Source of the DNA: Hyphochytrium catenoides
Lineage: Eukaryota; Protista; Hyphochytriomycota
Direction of reading: 5' to 3'
Assembly (NCBI GenBank): GCA_900088475.1
Contig: FLMG01003251.1
Span: forward strand, 1 to 64,000
DNA: 64,000 bases
Part shown: positions 36,795 through 47,928 of the stretch, one piece after another
Numbering within the stretch: the first letter of the stretch is position 1
Layout: each line of letters opens with the position of its first letter
Translations under genes and position numbers: made by a program
Notes under the pieces: model-generated
What the model was told of the DNA's origin: nothing
Seen by the model: only the letters and a program-made list of their open reading frames with translations
Database searches by the model: none

Positions 36795-37502
36795 AGTTCC
36801 GTCTGAATGCCTAACAAGAGGACAAGTGGTACTGCTAAGGTGCACAACGGCTTGCCTCTGTCGTCAGGAGCCCCTCTCTGGGCTGCTTGGCTTGATGAGG
36901 ATGGGGGCTGGGAGCCCATGCTCTGTCCTCTGTCCGGCCGTGCCATCGTCCGTGAGCTCACAGCTCGGACACTGATGATGACCAAGGAGAGTTGAGCATT
37001 CCCGAAAGTAACTGTTCCGATAAAGAAGAGCTCCCGAAAGTAATAGGTCTCTCAGTGTTCATGTAGGGCTTTTATGAGGGCATCTCCAACCTTACTAAGC
37101 GTCACGAGGGTTAGAGAGGTCATTCCCAAGTTTCCAAATCTGCTGCTCTGCCAGCGTTTGCTGGCGTGTCGGTCGGCCGCTGTGATGCTTTGACCTTGTG
37201 ATCTTCTCAAATTTCCGTCCCAAAAGTCATCATTGAGCCACTCTGCCATGAGAGAGTCTCGCCTTTTGACCTCCGTCCTGCCTCGTACTTAGTGTTCCCG
37301 GTGCAGCTACGTCGAGGCTTAGGAAGGGCGCTTGCTCCAGAGGGACGGCTGTGTTTCTCTATATATTACAGGCACGCCGGCGCCTAGAACGGAAGTTTGG
37401 CTCTGGTCCTGTTAGGTTTCGTGATAGAAGCCCAAGCATCCTTACTGGAGAGATAACACCCTCAGAAGAAAGTTCTAGGCTACAATCACTAGAGGCGTGA
37501 AG

Positions 37503-38189
37503 ATGGGTGAAGTCATACCCAGGGTGCAGGAGGAGCTGGTCATACTGAAGGCTCAGCAGCTCGAGGTATCCCTGGCATGGGCGCATGTTGGGTACGTGAG
37601 GACGGGACTAACTCGGGACTATCACCTTAGATAGAAACCAGCATTGCGTCCATTGAGAGACAGATCTACGAGAGGGAGACATCCTATCTAGAGGATACGC
37701 CTCATGGCAACATCGTAAAGGGTTGGGAAGGTTTTCTGGATAAGCCCATTGACATGTAAGTGCTTGAATTGGCCTCCCTGGCCCTTACGCTTCCCAGCTC
37801 TGGGCCTGACCTCTGTCATTAGCATCAAACAGAACAAGAAGGATGCACTGTTAAAGAAGCCCAAGATATTGGAAGAGGACCGGTGGTTTTCAGGATCCTC
37901 TGACACCGGAAATAGCGCTTTCGGTCCCTCATCGAACGCCCTGCTGCCTGATAGCGATACCAAAGACTCCAGGTACGGCTTTGTGTCCTAGACTTCTGAC
38001 TGACTCTTTCCACTAAGAATATTTCCGTTCCGACGTAGCGCGGCTGCCACTGGTAAAAAGAAGTCCGGCAAACTGGGTGTAACAGGAATGAAAGGCACGG
38101 GCAAGGGAAAGCTAGAAAAGCAAGGCAAAGCTTTGGTCAAGAAGGGCCGCAAGAGAAAGAGAGATGTCAGCCAGGATGACAGCGATTGA
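37503..38189 (+). CDS. EAF6: NuA4 histone acetyltransferase subunit Eaf6/MEAF6 (4 exons; absent as a whole from the ORF track)
   Basis: Spliced MGEVIPRVQEELVILKAQQLE|IETSIASIERQIYERETSYLEDTPHGNIVKGWEGFL...EEDRWFSGSS, with a basic NLS-like tail. Confidence 0.85.
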
Positions 38190-38221
38190 TTAGTAGTACG
38201 TGTTATTACAGCTCTATCTAT

Positions 38222-39196
38222 TTATTCTACATGGTCAGCGCCTGGTAATGGCGATGAGCACGCTCTTTGCAGTCTCCATATCTCAATGTCATCTACCACA
38301 TAGTGTGGATGCTGGTCTACTTCAGGGACAACCTCGAAGATGAAGCCTCGACTCTCCGTAAGTGTCTTGAAGCGCTGCCGAGGATCAAAGCTAGGGTAGA
38401 ATCTAGGAGATAGAAAGCAGCACGAAAGGGTTAGGTATAAGGCTGCAGCGAGAGATACGGTGCAGCGAGGCTCTGACCTGTGCTCGTAAGACATTAGGAC
38501 GACGGTATTTGGGCCTGAGAGTTTGTCTATGGCCTCAACCAAAGGCTCAATCGGATAGAGCTTAGGCAATACACAGTCGGAGACCAGTACAAGGTCAAAG
38601 GGGGCGCCTAATAGTGCTGCGTCCTCTCCCCAGTCGTACTCTCTAACCTCTACATTGGGTAGCATCTTAGGTTGGGCTAACCTAAGTGCTTCCCAGTTCT
38701 CGTTAGCTAGGAACAAGATCGATTGTTGGTCAGAAAGAACTGTCCTCTGAGCGCCTAGGTAAGAAGCGGCAAGCCCAACAGCCCCGGTCCCGCAACCAAC
38801 ATCAATGCAGGATTTGCCTTTTAGCAGCAAGCCCTCCCGCCGAGCATCTTCAACCTCGAGGAATTTTATAAGGGCGGTGGCAGCTGGCCATACCTGCGGA
38901 TTAAGGTCAGCTGGCTGCGTCCACCATTGCCGGATCAATGGTGCCCCTAGACCTACCGAAGCTCCGGTCCCAATCCCATCAAGCTCGCCGCACCTTCTCT
39001 GCCGAAGAGACAAGGTGAACCCATCATCAAAGCGCACGTGGTAGGTGTCAGCGTTGGCATACTGGCTCCTCCATTTGAGACTCGACAGTGCTCTGCGGAT
39101 TTTGTGAGACTGTGATATGGTCATGCAGTCATGTTCACTCAGAAGTTTCAGTATGGACACCCTGGGCGGGTGCGGCAGAGGGGTATCCAAAGTCAT
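38222..39196 (-). CDS. METTL21/Methyltransf_16 family protein-lysine methyltransferase (introns 38403-38477 and 38894-38956; start uncertain)
   Basis: GTGASVWPAA (after splicing), IDVGCGTGAVGL, YDWGE, FDLVLVSDCV, YEHR. Confidence 0.85.
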   Translation of the reverse strand: MTLDTPLPHPPRVSILKLLSEHDCMTISQSHKIRRALSSLKWRSQYANADTYHVRFDDGFTLSLRQRRCGELDGIGTGASVGLGAPLIRQWWTQPADLNPQVWPAATALIKFLEVEDARREGLLLKGKSCIDVGCGTGAVGLAASYLGAQRTVLSDQQSILFLANENWEALRLAQPKMLPNVEVREYDWGEDAALLGAPFDLVLVSDCVLPKLYPIEPLVEAIDKLSGPNTVVLMSYEHRSEPRCTVSLAAALYLTLSCCFLSPRFYPSFDPRQRFKTLTESRGFIFEVVPEVDQHPHYVVDDIEIWRLQRACSSPLPGADHVE

Positions 39197-40036
39197 TCCG
39201 ATTCACCCGGTGATAGGATAACCCTACGCCGTGGACCTCCTTATCCATAGAACAGAACTACATCGCATCATAGTCCAGCGTAACCACTGGAGGTGTCGAG
39301 TGGGCCCCACTTCCTCTTTGAACTACCCTGTCAGCGCTGCCTATTGTTCGTCTAATGCACTACTAACTATGAAGAACAGAGACAGGCATCGGGATAAGTC
39401 CTCCTAAAAAAGCTGCCGGCCGAGCAAGACGAGACCTAGAGCAGCAACTGCTCTTGACATTGCCAAGCTCCACGCGTGGTCCACTACCCAGGGGCCACTA
39501 TAGAGCCTGGAGCATGAGCTGGAGCATGACCTTTAGGGCGAGAGACAGACAGCCGTTGACCTGTTTCTTCAGCTTGAGACCAATCTCATAGTTGAAGCGC
39601 CGCCAACATATAGAAAAAGCATCAACCCATTCAGATCAAGGATACCCCAGTCTCCTAATCAGAATTTAAAAAGGCTGTATTCATGATAGAATCAGAAGGT
39701 GAGAATGCTCCCTCGCTCCCGGGGGACATCTGAGTTAGATCTCACACTCACTCCAAGAAATGGGTTTGTTGTCTGTGTGGTTGCCGTGGAGAAGTGTTGG
39801 AGATGATGAAGACGCAATAAAGCTTCGATAGTCTTCGGCGGCGGCTGAGACGCTGAGACGCTTGAGCTCCAAGTCCCAGACCTGTAAGGACAGAAGCACC
39901 TCAGCTTTACTTTTGCTGCTGTCTACGCGCGAGACAAAGGACTCAGCTGACACGGCTGCCAGATAAAGCCCTATCACGCCGTCTAACAAGTCGGGGTTAT
40001 TTCGTGCTGGGAGGGCCGTAGATCAAAGGTGCTAAA

Positions 40037-42046
40037 ATGTGGACAAGACTGCAGAGCCGTCAGCTTATGCGCCAGCGCAGGCTAGGTTCCCTCGGGCTTG
40101 GCATAGCGGCAGTCTCCGCCTCTCTGTGGGCTAGCCAACGGTCAGAATGTGAAGAAGATAAGACGCAGAAAGAGCAGGGCAAGAACAAAAGCCGTGCAGA
40201 CCCTTTCACCTTTGGCAAATGTGAGTCGGATCTCTGTTCCCGGTTCCCGGTCCTATAGCCTTCTGGATATGTCTCTCGTCTCTGTACGCTTAGGACCTTT
40301 TCTTCTTACTTCGCCGAGCTCCTTCTCCATCTTCATTTGTCTTATCACCTAATTGCTTTGCGTCCGCTCAGCTCTAGATGAGGACGGCAATTACCTAGCT
40401 GTCTTCCTACTGCCAGAGTCCAAGACTCAATTAGAAAGAAAGCTCAAGAGAAAGTTCCATCACTATCCAACCGCACCCAACGTCCTACTAAGAAAGTTGA
40501 AAGCTGAGGTCCGCAGTCCACCATGCACTTCCCACTCCTTCTCTTTTGAGCTCGTGAACGCTTTCTCTCCTCTCGCTGAGGCTTCTTTTCTCACCCTATC
40601 TTCCTCTCCCAATCCTGCCGGCACTATGTCTCTTAGTTTCCGGCCTTCGGCTGACACTGTGTGGAGCAGGAAGACGTAGACAAGCTCTCTTCATTACTAG
40701 GGAAGGCAGTGACCCTCACCGTCCATGGGCTCGTCGAGGATGAAGAAGTACAGTCGGTAAGCTCTGTGCCATAAGCCCTTGAAGATGAGTTCAGACTGCG
40801 CTATCTCGATCTCTTTGCTATGGACATAGTAGGATTGATACTTGCCGAAGAGATAGACGGTGTCGTGGCAATGTTCCTAACTTTTTTTTCTCCTGTGTAT
40901 TGTACACCTGCTGGTGGCACCATGTCTATCGCTATGGATGTTGTCACTGCAAGGCCGCTGTTTCGTATGTTATCCAAGGCTTTCACCTCTCGCATGAGAT
41001 GGGACCAAAGCCACAAGTAGGCCACATGCTCGTCTCCTCGGCTCAGTCTTCCGTGGCAACTAGTCCTGACGCAGTGGAGCAGTTGGTTCCTAGAATAAAG
41101 GAGGCACTCCCTCAAGGTAAGCATTGAGGGCAAGGACTTGAGAGCTAACACGAACTTTGCTGCAGAAAAGAGAGATTCGGACTACACTCCTAGGGTTCCT
41201 CCTCCTTGCTTATTTTTGTCTTGGATCTCGATCTAAGCTCTTTCTTTCATGTACTGGTCCCCAGATCTTGTTGCCAAGTGGCCACAAAGCAAAGACGCAT
41301 CAACGACCAGCTCGGCCTCTGGCAGCCAGGCAAAGTTTAGCAGTCTCTCTGAGCCCCTGGAGCTGAACGGTGTATTGTGCCTAGCATCCAAGTACGCTGG
41401 AAATCTTCTCTTCTAACCTTTTCATTTTCAACCTTCTCCTTGGCCCTTGGCCCAGTGCTATAAAGCTGATGATCTCGTTCTCTGTCCCTTTCCTGCAGTT
41501 TTGATAACAAGGAGGGCCAGTGTGTTGGCGACGAGGAGACGATGTGCTCTTGGTGCCACTTCATGAGGAAATCTCCTTGCGGTAATCTATTTAGAGCTTG
41601 GGAACGCTGCGTTGACGCGTCAAAGCAAGAAGGTGTGGTTCTCCGCAAGTCCGTCTCTTCTCCTTCTTTTATATTGTCCCCCGCTCTCAGTCTTCGTCTA
41701 TATAGTACCCTGTTACGCAGTTTACACTGCGGCTAAATATAATGTCCTATCATATGATAGGCTAGTCTTACTACCATCTGCTAACTTAATAGGCCAGAAG
41801 TTTCTAGGGCCACTCTCCTCCTCTGGAATTTCTTTGATAGACTTTATTTGGGCGCCCCACAAACATTTCTTTTGCGTAGGCGAGGACTTCATCTCGAAGT
41901 GTGCGAAACAGACTGTCGATCTGCACTATTGTCTGGAGCGAAATACTCAGTACTTTGCTGCTGATGACGCTGAAGAGAAGAACGGCAAGAAGGAGGAGGG
42001 AAAGGATGGGACCGTTGAGAAGACGAAAGGGGACAAAGAAGCTTAG
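40037..42046 (+). CDS. Putative mitochondrial protein with C-terminal GCK (twin-Cys CHCH-like) domain, multi-exon
   Basis: Presequence plus TM N-terminus (MWTRLQSRQLMRQRRLGSLGLGIAAVSASLW..SECEE). Spliced CSWCHFMRKSPCGNLFRAWERCVD..GEDFISKCAKQTVDLHYCLERNTQYF. Confidence 0.7.
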
Positions 42047-42330
42047 GTCCCACATATCTATCAATAAGTGCGAGAAAGTAGCCAATAAATACTATCAACA
42101 AACACCATCAGCATGAGAGTCAGCGTGATGTTTGAGCACGTCATTGCCCAACATCCGTCAAATGGCAGTGAGCCACGAGCAGAGATAACTTCGGCAGCCG
42201 CCACATCATAGTGGGACCGATGCGGTAGTAGCAGTCGCAATAGCGAACCTTCTTGGCAACCTCTACAGAGCGGATGAACTGCTTGAAAGGCACTTAGCTA
42301 TATCATTTTGGAGAAGGAGTGATAGCTTTC

Positions 42331-45300
42331 CTATGCCCCTCCTACAGCTTCTCGATGGCTCGTGAGGAGTTGATCGGGACCTTGGGAGTCTTCCGAGGAA
42401 TTGATAACTTGGCTTATGAGACGAGAAATTTTCTTATGCTTTTGAACCTCCCCAGAAAGCATTGTGATTCTCTCATGAAGCTCCCTCTCCTTCGCCTCAG
42501 ACTGCGAGCGGAAGGCTTCCATTTCCAGCGTGATTGCGGTTAGCGCAGTCTCCTGCTCAAGAGATTCCTCCTTGGTAATGTCGACAAGAAAGTACGGTCA
42601 ATAACCCATTCAGCCAAAGTATGCGACGCTATTAATCAAGGCAGAAACTAGAAGGAAAGTGTGGCGGCAAACGTAGCCCTATCTATGGGGTACGGGTGTT
42701 TCAGAGAGAAAGCGGACCTTCATCTGCGAGATCTTCTGTGTCAACGCTCTAACAGTACTCTGTAGCTCTTCCATTCGGGCATTCTGTCGATAGCGTAGTG
42801 TTGGACATGAGTCAGCAGAGTACCCGAAGAAACAAAGAAACTCTCAAGCCAGCAGAGAAAGCTAGGGATAGAGGCCTAACCTTTTCGCTGATGGCTTGTC
42901 GTAGCTCCATCCCTTCAACCTGGGCTCGGCGGGCCTAAAAATATTTTTTGCCTTACCTTCTACGTGGGCCGCGAAGGAACGTATGAACATCAGGACTACT
43001 TACCAGTGCCGTCGAATCCGCTAGCTCTTTCTCTTGAGCCCGCAGCCGTTCCAAAAGCTCGGCATTTCTTGTCCGGTCTGCTTCTATTTGTTGAAGAACA
43101 CTGTTTTGATAGAGATTGAGTCAAGGTGAGAAAAGCAAGTGGTGACTGTGAACAGAAGATGGCTTGCCTGGCATTTTCTTGTCTTAAAGCAGTTTCTTCC
43201 TCTATTTTTGCTTGNNNNNNNNNNNNNNNNNNNNNNNNNNNNNNNNNNNNNNNNNNNNNNNNNNNNNNNNNNNNNNNNNNATAAGTCTCTTCCAGCTGGT
43301 GAGTTTGAGCATCCGTTCGAAGCTGGGAGGCCTATCGAGCGGAGGACGCCGTCAGGTAAAGCTTTGTTTGGTGTATGGCGGAGCAAGCGAGAGGCTGCTG
43401 ACAGAGGTGACAAGGATTGAAATGGGGCAAAGCTTTGCCTTTAGGGCTGCATAGCAGATTTTAAGTCCCGGCCGTCCACAACCTGGAGTTGGTCTTTGAG
43501 AGACACAGTGGCTGCATCTTTGTCTCGATTGATCTGCAGCTGTTCTTCTATCTCTTTGGTCAATTGCGAGACTTCTGATTCCCTAGAGATATAGAGTTAC
43601 GAAAGCTAAGAGGAGACGACAAACAGCCCTTGAGGAGCAAGTCATAGCTAGACGTAGCTTGGATGGATTCCTAGCGACAAGGTGGCTCTAGGAGTTGAGG
43701 ATTCGAGTGGTCTATACTTAGTAGATCGCACCTGAGCTTCAGCTCTTCAACTTTCACAGAGTATTGCTTGGCAACTTCTTCCAGCCTACTTTCCACGACT
43801 TTAAGCTTTTGCCGATAGGTGCGGACCTCCTGGTAAAAGGTGTCAGTGGATATCTAAAGGACAAAGCTGAAGGGACTAGGCAGACTTGTACTATTAGAGA
43901 ACGGTCGGGGGAACATGCTGCGCACCAGCGATTCAAAGCACTTCTTACCTCCTCCACGGAACCACGCCATAGTCGGGCCTCTCTTAAGGATGTTTCTGCT
44001 GTGCGGATCAAATCATTCTGAGCCGCCAGTGCGTGGGAATGTGGATAATCAGATACTGTGGCACTAGGATAACGACTTTATAGCTCCTCTATCTCCATAG
44101 CCAATAGGTACCTTCTTCTCCAGCGTGTTCTTCAGACTCGCATTCTCCATCGCTGCCTGGCGGAGCTGATGTTCATAATTTACCTGTAAAGCATCGTTCA
44201 TTCACAATATCAGAGGCAGCTTTGACAAGGAAAACAATGAGAATATAGTGGAGAGAACATGTGAAGGGCAGGGAGGCGAGTTAGTTTGAACCTGCAAAGA
44301 AGATAAGCGCTCCTGATGCAACGCATTCTCCTGCTCCATATACTGCCGCATGGTCCGAAGCTGCTCTTCGTACCGAGAACTCAATTGGTCCATGGCTGTG
44401 GTTGAGGCTTCTTCTCTCTGGCATGGACTCTTAACCTAAAGGTGGGTACAGGGATTGCCGACGTAGGAAGTTCCGAAAAGAGAGATAACAGAGGAAAGTG
44501 ACATAGAACGTAAGGCTGCTGTCTTCCTGTGGTGCTCTAGGGCATGTACCTGTTCAAGGACGTCATTATTCTCTACAGGGCCACGCTCCACAAGGGTGGC
44601 TTGACGGTCGCGTAGCACTCTCTGTGTAAGACGTATAAGAAGCCGTGTTAATCTTTGGCAGCAGGAGGTTGATGACTGACCGCATGATACCGACTTATCG
44701 CCAGCTCGAGGGCCATGGACATTGACTCGTTGTCTTGCAGCTATGAAGGTGTATTAGTGACGGAATCACAGTACAAATGCACCAGAAAGAAGTTAAAGGT
44801 GCAGGGTGGTAGAAGAAAGACCAGTATGACCAGTGCAGTGGACAGCATGCAGAGCAGAATGCACAATAAAAGCAGAGATATTAGGTTCAGCTGAAAGCGT
44901 CGCCAGGGCACGCCAAACTGACCTCTTGGACGAGGAAGAGACTTTTCCGGATCGTCGTTCTATTGACTGACGCGGAGAGGCACCAAGCCAGCACCTCCGG
45001 AAGGCGGTAAGAGAAGAAGATCTCTTCCAGCTCCTCCCCAGACTTCTGCAATTCTGTCCGCGAAGGACTGGACAATAGAAGACTCTGTGGCAGAAGTGAG
45101 AGCCAAAAGTAAACAGAGCTTTCTAAGCTTTGACTCACCGCGATGCTGACAGAAAGTTCAGCGACCTCTTCAACAAATAAATCTGCAATTTGCATAGTTG
45201 CAGAGCTCATCCTTGCTGCTTCCGCTGCAGTCTTCTTTAGTATGCGAAGTAGCATGTCAGCAGCTCCTTGGTCCTAGAAGAGTGTATAATGAGAGTAAGG

Positions 45301-47218
45301 AGAATGGCAGAAGACGGCGGCGCCAATGATTGACTTAGCCAAAGACGTAGGGGGCCCACTGAAAGGGCAAGAAGAAGGGGAGGATTAAAGTACCAGGACT
45401 CTGGTGTGGACCCGGGCCGCATTTTCAACCAAAAGGAGTCACTGAAAGAGTAAAAGGTATCTTCTGTGGTCACACCTTACCATTGTGGAAGCAGTGGGGC
45501 ACTTACTTCCGCTTCTTTCTGAGCGAGCACGGATAGCCATAATCACATCAAGGTTTCCAATCGCCCGAAGTCTCGCCTTTCTGCCTTCCAACAGTTCTGT
45601 TAGCATCTCAAGGCCACAGCTCCGTAGCTCTTCCAGTAAGAAACTTGTCTCAATCTCCAATTGGAAGGTCTCGAAAAGGGACATGAGTGATGGCTCAGGA
45701 GACTGAAGCAGAGAGCAAAGAAGCTTGCACCCTTGCCGTAAAGTTGCGTGGGATGGCGAGAGCATGAGCTTCCTCATAAGAAGGCTGAAGTCACTTCTCT
45801 GCTGGATTTCTTCGGTGAGAGATGCACATAAAGAGGGAGAGTCAGGAATAAGCAAAAGGAGGAACGCTATCTGACCCTCTAGTGAAGAAAACGTGTCGGC
45901 CTGCCCTAGAAGAAGCTCTAAGATGACAGCGACCACATGGTGCTCTCTGTAAAGTCGCTGCAAATCTTCAGGAGATATGATGGCCTCTGCTAAGAGGTCA
46001 GAAAGGAGCCTCGCACATAAGACCTGAGCTCTCGCTTGCCGAGGAGAATCTGGCGCTCTTGCTATCAGGACAAAAACGAAATCAAACAGAGAGGATAGTT
46101 CTGCTGGTGATAGGACCTCTGACATGGTCTCCGTGCACAAGTTGACGGCTGTGAACAGCCTTATGACAGTATCAAAGTTGATAGGGCCTGGACGAAGTCC
46201 AAGCCATCGTGCCGGAAGTGTACCTTTCGCTCTCAGGCTTTCCTTGGCTGACGTCTTCATCCCTATATCATAACCACATAGGCAGACTAAGGTTTCCATG
46301 TATGGCGAACTGCCATCCTGAGCCTTGGATCCTTTGTCCCGCTCCCCTATTGACCAGAGAGTACTATCCAGACAAAGGTCTATCAGCCGTATCGCAGCTG
46401 GGCTAGGATACGAGTGACGCTGACTCGTAGCTTGTGCGGAAATGGTGGATAGTAGCTCCAGCAGCAAGGACCTTGCAGCGTCGTATATCCTGCCTGCACC
46501 ATTGCTGCTCTCAAGGTCTACAGGGTGGCTCAGTGATAGGAACTTCTCACAAAGACTTTCCAGGACAAATTCGGTGCCATAAAGAGATACCCACGTCCCT
46601 GAGAACACAGGTTGAAACCATAATGAGCTGGAAATGGCATAAGTGTTCTCAAGTACAGAGGCTTTTTCATAGATGGCCTCGCAGGACGCAACCCCTGCAC
46701 CCAAAGCTATGTGAGCTAGCGCTTTAGCCAGTGCGGCCACATCCTCAAGATCCTGGCACAAATGCGCTATGGCGTCAAAGGTGCTTGTCCTAGTGGAGAG
46801 CTGGCTGAGCGAGTGGATAAAATTAGCTGTAATGTTGAGGGGTATTCGATGATGTTCTCTGGCTATCTGCAGAGCATCCTCGCTGCAGGCGTCCCAGCTC
46901 AGAGCTGATTCCTGGCTTAGATGGGTCAGGCTTCCATCAGCACACTCTGAGTAGGCCCGAAGAAAGTCCTTCAATAGCGCCGACATGGTTGAAGAGTTCA
47001 TCAAGCGTTCTGAGCCTTGCCATCAGCAACCGCCTCCCTTCCTAAGGTACCGGTTTCATGTGTCCGAACGTGATACCAAGTCTCTCTGCAGCCTCCACCA
47101 GGACTTCAGTAATACAATCCTCAGCTGTCGACCCCTGCCATTCTAGGTCATCGCCGCCAGCTATCGCGGCTCTTCCTACGTCTTCATCTGCAGTGCATCT
47201 TCTCTTCCTTGAGCTCAT
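42331..47218 (-). CDS. Large helical-repeat N-terminus plus C-terminal coiled-coil protein, CIP2A-like (multi-exon; start uncertain)
   Basis: 521-codon Leu-rich helical exon, followed by coiled-coil exons. YEHQLRQAAMENASLKNTLEKK|NDLIRTAE and the terminal ...EVQKHKKISRLISQV resemble CIP2A as recalled. Confidence 0.55.
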
Positions 47219-47928
47219 GAGGTTGGGCGACCGATCTGCAGCCGCTTCGTTACTGCACACTTTTGCTTTTGAAGACTGACAACTCCCGCCAGCCACGTAC
47301 ACGCACAAACATCATTTCACAAGTACGACGTACTAGTTGATTGAGCAACTTGTCAAAGAAACCTTGGAAAATTTGTTTTTGGCAATCTTCACGCCCTCAA
47401 TCATGGGTTTGGCCAGGTGAGTGGGCCAGTTTGGTCAATATTGCCTTACACAAATGTAAAGTATACAAGTATAGAAAGTGAACTTTGCCGTCAAAATTCT
47501 CAATGTATTTCCAGTGTTCCCCCTGGATCATGCGGTCGATCCTTTCTTTATCTCTCACAGTGTTGGCTGTTCTGAACAGAAAAGCATCAGAAGATCTTTG
47601 GGAAGGTAACGAATAACGAGCTCTAGTACGATCTTCTTCAGTAGTGCTTAGGGCCACGGTGCGACGCAACTTGAAGATCTGGAAGTGCTCTGCAGACTAC
47701 AACCAGAGTCTTACGCGGAGAAGGATAGGTGTAAGCAGAGCGCGACTGCTTGCCAATGGCTTAACTTGAACTCCTGCTTGCTCGGACTCTCAGACTCTTA
47801 CTAGAAAGAGCCGACGACCGTGTTCGTTCGTCGCGGCTTCCATTCGTCCCTGACCACGGAGACACAGACTTCCGTTCAAACTGTTGCTTCTGCGCTTGGT
47901 GGAAAAAGAACAACGTTTGGTCTCCAAT

